The notes beneath the pieces are model-generated. The model ran no database searches. It had not been told where the DNA came from and saw nothing but the letters and a program-made list of their open reading frames with translations. This document shows, piece after piece, positions 57,147 to 64,000 of a stretch of 64,000 bases of DNA. The position numbers and the translations under genes were made by a program. Origin of the DNA: Candidatus Latescibacterota bacterium. Lineage in GTDB: Bacteria > Latescibacterota > UBA2968 > UBA8231. Numbering within the stretch: the stretch's first letter is position 1; the number at the start of each line of letters is the position of its first letter. The stretch covers positions 3,424,001 through 3,488,000 of the forward strand of contig CBDCDC010000002.1 in assembly GCA_965215195.1 (NCBI GenBank), in the 5' to 3' direction.

Positions 57147-57890
57147 TCAGCGGTACTGGTCCAAATTCCCCTTGTACTCCAACCCCAGCACCTCCCTCCC
57201 CCGCGCCGTATTGCAGGTGGTGTCGGCCTCGGGCATGCCGACCACGTGCAATACGTCGAACTTCACTTCGTCCCGTTCCAAGGCCAGCCGGCAGGCTTCG
57301 GCCAAATCGTGGCGGCAGACCAAGCCGTTGCGGATGTTTTGCAGTGGTTCCCGGTATTTGCCGATCCCCAAGCGCGAATCCACGATATAGTCGGGCCGCA
57401 ACACCACGATAGGCAGCCCAAAGGCTTCGTGGAACTGGCGGCACATTTCCTCCTGTAACCGCTTGCACACCGCGTACAGGCTGCCGTCGGGTCGCCGCAC
57501 TTCCGAAGAGAAAAAAATTCCTTCGGGATGCACGGTCTGGCACGAGCCGATGTGTACTACTTTGCGGACGCCCTGCTCTTGGGCCACTTGCAGGACATTC
57601 CACAGGCCCTTGAGGTTGATGAGGAAGGGCTTGTCGTCGTTGGGGTCACCGGCGAAATAGACCGCCGTGTGAATGACGCAATCCACGCCGCTGATGGCCC
57701 GCTCCACTGCGCGGTAATCGGCTATATCGCCGTGAACTACTTCGCCGCCGTTCCAATCGCCATCTATGTCGCGCCCAGCCTCCCAAGCTTGGGGGCCGTA
57801 GTCAAAGGCGCGGATGTCGTGTTTGCCAGCCAAGTTTTGCAAGACGGCGCGGCCCAGCCAACCGGCCGCGCCGAAGACCACTGTTTTCAT
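57147..57890 (-). CDS. NAD-dependent epimerase/dehydratase (uronate dehydrogenase-like)
   Basis: FGAAGWLG Rossmann motif, YAVCK catalytic YxxxK. Confidence 0.88.
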   Translation of the reverse strand: MKTVVFGAAGWLGRAVLQNLAGKHDIRAFDYGPQAWEAGRDIDGDWNGGEVVHGDIADYRAVERAISGVDCVIHTAVYFAGDPNDDKPFLINLKGLWNVLQVAQEQGVRKVVHIGSCQTVHPEGIFFSSEVRRPDGSLYAVCKRLQEEMCRQFHEAFGLPIVVLRPDYIVDSRLGIGKYREPLQNIRNGLVCRHDLAEACRLALERDEVKFDVLHVVGMPEADTTCNTARGREVLGLEYKGNLDQYR

Positions 57891-57956
57891 GGGGGATTCC
57901 TTTGGATTTTGCCCGAAGGCCGAGGGACTCCAATAAAGACGTTGAAATGAGCGTAG

Positions 57957-58064
57957 ATGCAAGGCGAGACCGCAGCGAATCAAGGCGTCCAAGACGCCCG
58001 CGCCTTCGTGCTCGACAAGCTAGACGATCTCGACGCCGAGTTCTACGAGCCTGAACCTGTCTGA
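57957..58064 (+). pseudogene. DUF2164-like C-terminal gene remnant
   Basis: NQGVQDARAFVLDKLDDLDAEFYEPE. Confidence 0.5.
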
Positions 58065-58079
58065 GGAGAAGTCCGAAAA

Positions 58080-58835
58080 TCACCGCCGCTCATAGCGGTC
58101 GGCGCGGCAGCGACCCAACAGCCCCGGGCACAAGCGGCGGAAATCCTCGGGCATGCGTTCGTACGTCTCCGGCCACAGCGGTTGGTGGCCTCCTTCAATC
58201 CAGTTGTTAAACCAAGGCGGGTAATACGCGATATTCAGCCCTATCCGCACGTCCTCGCTCTGATTGGCCCGAGCTTGGTGCAAAAGCCCCCCGTGCCATA
58301 GCATCACAGAACCAGCGCGGCCTTCCACGGGCTTGATCAACGGGCTATCCGCACCCATATCGGGTGGCGGGCCGGGCCGCCGCGACCGGTGGCTCATGGG
58401 CACGACGCCGGTGGCCCCGTTGGCCGCGGTAAAATCCGTGAGCATCCAGATGCTGTTGATCATCCACGGCACATCGGGCACTTGGGCAAACGCGCCCGCA
58501 GAATCGGCGTGTAAATTCTGAGCGGGTGCCCCGGGCCAAGTCGGCTTGGAGCATGCTTCGACAACGCGGCAGCCCGGCCCCAAAAAGTGCCGCGCAAGGG
58601 CCACGGGGTCCGGGTGGAAGGCGCAGGTCCAAACCTCGTCGTCTTGGTTGAGCATGCCGAACAAGGTCTGGTAGTACTCGTCTCCCGAGATATAGTCTTG
58701 GCAGCGCACGTCGCTGTGTAGCGCTAGACAGCGGCGGCCCAGCGCCAAGGCGGCCTCGCGGGGCATGCGGTCTTTTAGCACGCAGTACCCATACGCGTCT
58801 AGATGCTCGGCCGCGGTGTGCAATTCTTCGTTCAC
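58080..58835 (-). CDS. Phytanoyl-CoA dioxygenase (PhyH) family protein
   Basis: QNLHAD, WMLTDFTAANGAT..P.SH, GSVMLWHGGLLH. Confidence 0.92.
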   Translation of the reverse strand: MNEELHTAAEHLDAYGYCVLKDRMPREAALALGRRCLALHSDVRCQDYISGDEYYQTLFGMLNQDDEVWTCAFHPDPVALARHFLGPGCRVVEACSKPTWPGAPAQNLHADSAGAFAQVPDVPWMINSIWMLTDFTAANGATGVVPMSHRSRRPGPPPDMGADSPLIKPVEGRAGSVMLWHGGLLHQARANQSEDVRIGLNIAYYPPWFNNWIEGGHQPLWPETYERMPEDFRRLCPGLLGRCRADRYERR

Positions 58836-59085
58836 GCCTCTACCTCCACGCCAGATTCCCGGGCACTCTCTCGCACCAACACCGGCGCACCCGGCACAAT
58901 GACGCCGCGGCAGATGTCTTCTACGTACTGCAATACGCGCAATATCCCGTGCGAAGGCAGGCCCATGAGATCGGCCTGTACCAACAGGCGAGCCACGGTC
59001 TGCGCCTCTTGAGCTGGGGTGCCGTGGGCCTCAAAAACCCGGCGGCTAACTGCTCCAGCTCGTCGGCTTGGAATCGTCTCGCCAT
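58832..59085 (-). pseudogene. Ldh_2 family (malate/L-lactate dehydrogenase type 2) remnant
   Basis: MARRFQADELEQL, frameshift, then RRVFEAHG..LVQADLMGLPSHGILRV; only about 85 codons remain. Confidence 0.75.
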
Positions 59086-59203
59086 GTCCACCCAGATATA
59101 GCAATCCAGAGTGATTTGAACGGTTTGAGATGCGGATCGTCTTGTGCATAACTCTTCTGCGTCCTTCTGCGGATCGCCTTGTGCATGATTTGGGATTGCT
59201 ATA

Positions 59204-60826
59204 TCACTCTACGACAAAGGTCGCACGGGTCTCTTGGCTCTCCGCATACCCAATGCGGATCGCCTTGGCTCGCAAGGTGGTCGTCCCCACTTCCAAGCGC
59301 AACGGCTCGGTGTAGAGGTGCCAGTGCGGCTGGTCGTCCACGGCGTACGCCATAGAAGCACCCTGCGTGGCGCAGTGGAGCTGCACCACGAGCGGCCCCC
59401 GGAATGTACCGCCTTCCAGCGCCGGCTCGATCCCGGGGCTGTCGGCGCAAATGGGTACGCACACCGGCCGGGCCGTCTGTGGCTGCTGGCCATCGGGATA
59501 CCACTGCCGCACCATGTCGCTTTCCGCCACTCGGCCCATGTCGCCCACTTCTCGCAGCCATTCGTCCAAGGCTCCGCGCAGGCGATCCCGCTCTGGCCGG
59601 TACTGGGGATTGGCCGCCAAGTTGTCGATCTCGTGCGGATCGGCGGCGGTGTCGTACAGCTCTTCGACCGGCCTCGGGTAGCGGAACAGGGCCGCTTGCG
59701 TCTCGTCTAGCTCATCGGCCAAGTGCAAGCGCCACATCTCCTGCACAATGGGGTGCCGGTTGCGATAGGGTATCCACGCCAAGTAGGGGAGGTCCGGTCG
59801 ATAGTTGCGGATGTACTTAAAGCGGCGGTCGCGCACGGCCCGCACCATGTCGTACGCCTCGTCGTGCCGGTCCCGACTCGCGTAGATGTACTCTCGCGGC
59901 AGTTGGGCTTGGTGGCCCAAAAACGCGCGGCCCTGCATGTGGGCGGGCACTTCAATCCCCGCGAGCGAGAGCACCGTAGGGCCTAAATCGACGGTGCTTA
60001 CCAAATCCTCGCAGACCTGCCCCGCTGCCATGCCCGGGCCGCGGACGATCAGGGGCACGTGAATGCCCGCGTCGTACGGCCAGCGCTTGCCGCGCGGCAG
60101 CGGGCCGTGATCGCTCCAGTGAAATACGTACGTATTCTCGGACAAGCCGTCTTCGTCGAGTTGTTGCAGGAGCTGGGCGAGCTCTTGGTCGCTGTGCGCA
60201 ATATGCGTGTACAGCCGCGCCATGGCTTGGCGCACTATGGGAGTATCCGGGAAATAAGGCGGCAGGGGGATGGCATCCGGGTCGAACTCCGGCTCAGGGC
60301 ACTTCTCGGGCCATGCGCCGCTTTCGTGGGTGCGCGTGGGATTAAAGACTGCGAAAAACGGCTGTTCTGGGTCGGGGCGGTCGCGCCAGTGGGCGTGCGG
60401 ACCGAGCGCGTCCCAAGCAGTCAGCGGGGGGGTAAACTGGTAGTCGGTCTTGGCGTTGTTGCTGCAGTAATAGCCAGCCGCTCGCAGGTATTCCGTGAAG
60501 CACTTTACGTAGTGCGGCACAACGGCCGAATACGGCGTGGGCATCTCTGGAGTGGCGCGATTGGCGTGGGTCGTGCGCATGTGATGAGTGCCGATGGAGA
60601 TCGCGTACATGCCGGTGATGATGGCCGACCGGGCCGGGGCACAGACGCCGGCCGTGGAGAAACAGCGCGTCCAGCGGCACCCCTCGGCGGCCAGCCGATC
60701 CAACGTGGACGTCCGCGCCACTGCATCGCCGTAGCACCCGTACCGGGGATTGGTATCCTCAAATGAAATCCACAGAAAATTGGGCTTGTCGCGACTCAAA
60801 GTCGCGGTGAAGCGCTGCGTAGTCAT
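59204..60826 (-). CDS. Cys-type sulfatase with C-terminal Fn3-associated domain
   Basis: PNFLWISFED, CAPARSAIITG, SDHG, EELYD..DPHE. Confidence 0.93.
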   Translation of the reverse strand: MTTQRFTATLSRDKPNFLWISFEDTNPRYGCYGDAVARTSTLDRLAAEGCRWTRCFSTAGVCAPARSAIITGMYAISIGTHHMRTTHANRATPEMPTPYSAVVPHYVKCFTEYLRAAGYYCSNNAKTDYQFTPPLTAWDALGPHAHWRDRPDPEQPFFAVFNPTRTHESGAWPEKCPEPEFDPDAIPLPPYFPDTPIVRQAMARLYTHIAHSDQELAQLLQQLDEDGLSENTYVFHWSDHGPLPRGKRWPYDAGIHVPLIVRGPGMAAGQVCEDLVSTVDLGPTVLSLAGIEVPAHMQGRAFLGHQAQLPREYIYASRDRHDEAYDMVRAVRDRRFKYIRNYRPDLPYLAWIPYRNRHPIVQEMWRLHLADELDETQAALFRYPRPVEELYDTAADPHEIDNLAANPQYRPERDRLRGALDEWLREVGDMGRVAESDMVRQWYPDGQQPQTARPVCVPICADSPGIEPALEGGTFRGPLVVQLHCATQGASMAYAVDDQPHWHLYTEPLRLEVGTTTLRAKAIRIGYAESQETRATFVVE

Positions 60827-61026
60827 AGACCCCTTGCCTTTAATTTTTTAACAAAGTGACGGTTTGCGCCGCGCCGAAAATTGCAGGGGGACGCGGCGAA
60901 CTGTCAAGTGTACGATTCACCTACATCCCGGCCGTTTGCTCGCTGGCACAGGGTTGTTTGCGGTATTCTCGTTGCGCATAATATGCGCTGTCATTTCTCA
61001 AAAGACGACGCCAAGAAGAAGTCCCC

Positions 61027-62187
61027 ATGAATCAGAACAGTCCTGTCCAGCACCAGTGCTGTCCGTCGCCAATTTTGGCGACGCATTGGCGACGCATAGA
61101 AGCACTGCTAGGGGAGGCCGACGTGTGCATCGGCGGAGATCGGCCTTGGGATATAGAGGTCCACGACGACCGCCTTTTCGCGCACGTGCTGGGCCGCGGA
61201 TCGCTGGGCGCGGGCGAGTCGTACATGGACGGATGGTGGGACTGCCAGCAGCTAGACGAACTTTGCACGCGGGTTTTGCGCGCCCGGCTGGACCTGAAGT
61301 TGCGCGGTCGGCACCTGCTTTGGCCCCATCTGAGGGCGCGGCTGCTCAACCTGCAAACGCCCGCCCGCGCCTTCCAAGTCGGCCAGCACCACTACGATAT
61401 AGGAAACGACCTGTACCGGTCTATGCTCGACCAGCGCATGATTTATAGCTGCGGGTACTGGCGCAATGCCGCCAATTTAGACGAAGCGCAAGAAGCCAAA
61501 CTCGACTTGTGCTGCCGCAAGCTGGGGCTGGAGCCGGGGATGCGCCTACTCGACATCGGCTGCGGCTGGGGAGGCACCCTGCGGTTTGCGGTCCAGCGCT
61601 ACGGAGTCAAAGGGGTGGGCGTCACCGTCTCCAAAGAGCAGGCCAAACTGGCCGCGGCGACGTGCCGCGGGCTGCCGGTGGAGATTCGCTTGCAGGATTA
61701 CCGAGCCTTAGACGAACGCTTTGACCGCGCCTTGTCGATCGGCATGTTCGAGCACGTGGGCGTCAAGAACTACTCCACCTTCATGCACACGGTCAAACGC
61801 TGCCTAGTCCAAGACGGGCGTTTTTTATTGCACACCATCGGCCGCAACAACTCGGCCGCCAATAACGACCCTTGGATTGAGCGCTACATCTTCCCCAACT
61901 CCATGCTGCCTTCGGCCAAGCAGATTGCCACGGCCGCCGAGGGGCATTTCGTCTTAGAGGATTGGCACGCCTTTGGGCCGCATTACGACCGGACGCTGAT
62001 GGCTTGGTACGCCAACTTCAACGCGGCTTGGAGCAAACTCAAGGCCCAGTACGACGAGCGCTTCTACCGGATGTGGACGTTCTACTTGCTGGCCTCCGCT
62101 GGCTCCTTCCGCGCCCGGTCGAACCAGCTCTGGCAAGTGCTCTTCTCGTCCAGCGGGATTGAAGGGTCCTACGAAGTGCCGCGATAA
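61027..62187 (+). CDS. cfa: Cyclopropane fatty acyl phospholipid synthase
   Basis: GESYMDGWW, HYDIGNDLY, LDIGCGWGG, SIGMFEHVG, YIFPN. Confidence 0.95.
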   Translation: MNQNSPVQHQCCPSPILATHWRRIEALLGEADVCIGGDRPWDIEVHDDRLFAHVLGRGSLGAGESYMDGWWDCQQLDELCTRVLRARLDLKLRGRHLLWPHLRARLLNLQTPARAFQVGQHHYDIGNDLYRSMLDQRMIYSCGYWRNAANLDEAQEAKLDLCCRKLGLEPGMRLLDIGCGWGGTLRFAVQRYGVKGVGVTVSKEQAKLAAATCRGLPVEIRLQDYRALDERFDRALSIGMFEHVGVKNYSTFMHTVKRCLVQDGRFLLHTIGRNNSAANNDPWIERYIFPNSMLPSAKQIATAAEGHFVLEDWHAFGPHYDRTLMAWYANFNAAWSKLKAQYDERFYRMWTFYLLASAGSFRARSNQLWQVLFSSSGIEGSYEVPR

Positions 62188-62219
62188 AAGACGCCTACAC
62201 AGACAAAACGTTCAGGAGG

Positions 62220-62783
62220 TTGATCTTGGCCAAAGTGAAACACCTAGCCCTAGAAGCACTAACCGCAGGGCTAGACAACATTCGTCAGTCGCCCAAAGCC
62301 ACGGGCGTACTGGAACTCATCGTGCGGCGACCACAGACGGAGACGCGGGAAGTCTTAGACGTGGGGGAACTCGATATAGCCGAAGGGCTGGTGGGCGACA
62401 ATTGGAAACGACGCGGCAGCGCACAAACCGCAGATGGATCGGCGCATCCAGATATGCAGCTCACGGTGACCAATGCCCGCTTGATGGCCCTAGTGGCCCA
62501 AGAAAAGCGATATTGGCCACTGGCAGGGGATCAGCTATACATCGACTTCGACCTAAGCGTGGACAACGTGCCTCCCGGAACTCGCCTGTCCCTAGGCGCG
62601 GCCGTTATCCAAATCACGGAGCCGCCCCACACCGGTTGTAAAAAGTTTGCCGCTCGCTTTGGGCTGGACGCCCTGAAATTTATCAGTTCCCCGCTGGGCA
62701 AACAGCTTCAGCTACGCGGCGTCAATGCCAAGGTCATTCGCCCGGGCGCGATACGGGTTGGCGACGTCGTGAATAAGCTGTGA
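62220..62783 (+). CDS. MOSC domain protein
   Basis: GLVGD, AGDQL, PHTGCKKF, RGVNAKVIRPG; AGGAGG RBS before TTG. Confidence 0.85.
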   Translation: MILAKVKHLALEALTAGLDNIRQSPKATGVLELIVRRPQTETREVLDVGELDIAEGLVGDNWKRRGSAQTADGSAHPDMQLTVTNARLMALVAQEKRYWPLAGDQLYIDFDLSVDNVPPGTRLSLGAAVIQITEPPHTGCKKFAARFGLDALKFISSPLGKQLQLRGVNAKVIRPGAIRVGDVVNKL

Positions 62784-62831
62784 GCGTTAGGATCTATTTG
62801 CTATTCCCCTAAAGGGCAGCTTGGTCTTAAC

Positions 62832-64000
62832 ATGCTACGGACAAAGCTGCTCGCCTGTGCGATCCCCGCCCTCGCCTTGTCGGCTGCTCCGGCCCCGGCC
62901 CAACACTCGGTGGCACGCCAGTGGAACGAGGTCCTCTTAGCGTCCATCCGCGGCGACTTCGCCCGGCCCACGGTCCACGCCCGCAACCTCTTTCACACCA
63001 GCATCGCCCTGTACGACGCTTGGGCGGTGTACAGCGACGGACCGGAGCAGACCTATATGCTGGGCGGCTTCACCTGCTCCTTTTCCGGCGTACCCCGCCC
63101 CGACGACGTGGAGGCCGCCCGCCGCGAAGCCATGAGTTACGCGGCCGCTCGCCTCCTGAGATTCCGCTTTCGCCTTTCGCCGGGCTGGACACAGTCGTTC
63201 TCCCAAATCAACCGGCTCACAAGGGAGTTGGGTTACAGCACGACCTTTCACTCCACGGACTACGCCGACGGCAACCCCGCGGCCTTGGGCAACTACATCG
63301 CCCAATGCCTGATCAACTTTGGGATGCAGGACGGTGCCAACGAGCGCAGTGTCTTCTATGGCAACTACGGCAACCGCTTCTACATGCCCTTCAATCCTCC
63401 CTTAGAACCGACCCTGCCGGGCCACAGCGGCCTCCTCAACCCCAATTTCTGGCAGCCTCTCAAACTCGAGGAGTTCATCGATCAAAGCGGCAATGTCTTG
63501 CCCGACGCGGCCCAGCCATTCCTCAGTCCGGAATGGGGCTTGGTGACGCCCTTTGCCCTCGGCCCAGAGGATTTGACCGTGTACCAACGGGAGGGCCATG
63601 ACTATCCCGTGTACCACGATCCCGGTCCGCCGCCCCACATCGACAGCCAACAACCCGATGCCGCCGACCGCATTGAGGAACTGAAGCTAACTTCTGAGGA
63701 ATATCAATGGGGCTTTGCTTTGGTCGCCACCTGGTCGTCCCATCTCGACCCGGCCGACAGCGTCCTCTGGGACATTTCGCCCGGCACCATCGGCAACATC
63801 GCCGAACTGCCCCAGACCTTCGCTGAGTACCAAGCGTTCTACAACCTGCTCGAAGGCGGCGACGCCGGCCAAGGCCATCCGCTCAATCCCCACACTGGCC
63901 AGCCTTACGAAGAACAGTGGGTGCCGCGCGGCGACTACGCCCGAGTGCTGGCCGAATTCTGGGCCGATGGCCCAGAGACCGAGACCCCACCGGGCCATTG
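62832..64000 (+). CDS. Secreted vanadium-dependent haloperoxidase-like (PAP2 superfamily) protein, 3' end outside window
   Basis: My translation (absent from the ORF track): signal peptide, SVARQWNEVLL..RPTVHARNLFH..YDAW, FLSPEWG, AEFWADGPETETPPGH. Confidence 0.8.
   Translation, partial: MLRTKLLACAIPALALSAAPAPAQHSVARQWNEVLLASIRGDFARPTVHARNLFHTSIALYDAWAVYSDGPEQTYMLGGFTCSFSGVPRPDDVEAARREAMSYAAARLLRFRFRLSPGWTQSFSQINRLTRELGYSTTFHSTDYADGNPAALGNYIAQCLINFGMQDGANERSVFYGNYGNRFYMPFNPPLEPTLPGHSGLLNPNFWQPLKLEEFIDQSGNVLPDAAQPFLSPEWGLVTPFALGPEDLTVYQREGHDYPVYHDPGPPPHIDSQQPDAADRIEELKLTSEEYQWGFALVATWSSHLDPADSVLWDISPGTIGNIAELPQTFAEYQAFYNLLEGGDAGQGHPLNPHTGQPYEEQWVPRGDYARVLAEFWADGPETETPPGH

Overview
GC-rich bacterial chromosomal window with about 40 intact genes and no rRNA, tRNA or CRISPR array that I can see. 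The gene repertoire (FlgD-Ig secreted proteins, a C-terminal WGxxK motif, ASPIC/UnbV-TPR, PhyH, sulfatase, ankyrins) resembles Latescibacterota/Poribacteria-like FCB bacteria; this is inference. Main content: (1) envelope and housekeeping genes (nhaC-like, lptE-like, M23, coaX, S41, lipA, mnmG, cfa). (2) A cobalamin-dependent methyl-transfer system split over two loci: 9.2-16.0 kb (FadR regulator with operator, unknown protein with a duplicated CGHxH motif, MtaA/CmuA methyltransferase, corrinoid protein, ASKHA activator, MetF-MetV fusion) and 43.6-47.1 kb (pterin-binding and homocysteine-binding methyltransferases, YWRDIP protein). (3) A 16-35 kb cluster of three paralogous large secreted proteins ending in P(N/A)xFTPNGD-FlgD domains, with a PPIase, a probable outer-membrane protein and a GT-C/TPR protein; this is a candidate lineage-specific surface/secretion module. 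(4) Two independent 885-bp IS982-like insertions with TANTA target duplications, one separating a strong promoter from an AT-richer T9SS-cargo/TonB-receptor pair. (5) A tandem array of PQQ-dehydrogenase-ankyrin fusions. (6) Two MITE-like elements, REP-like hairpins, several decayed gene remnants, an apparent CCWGG-erosion signature, and a vanadium haloperoxidase-like gene cut by the window end.
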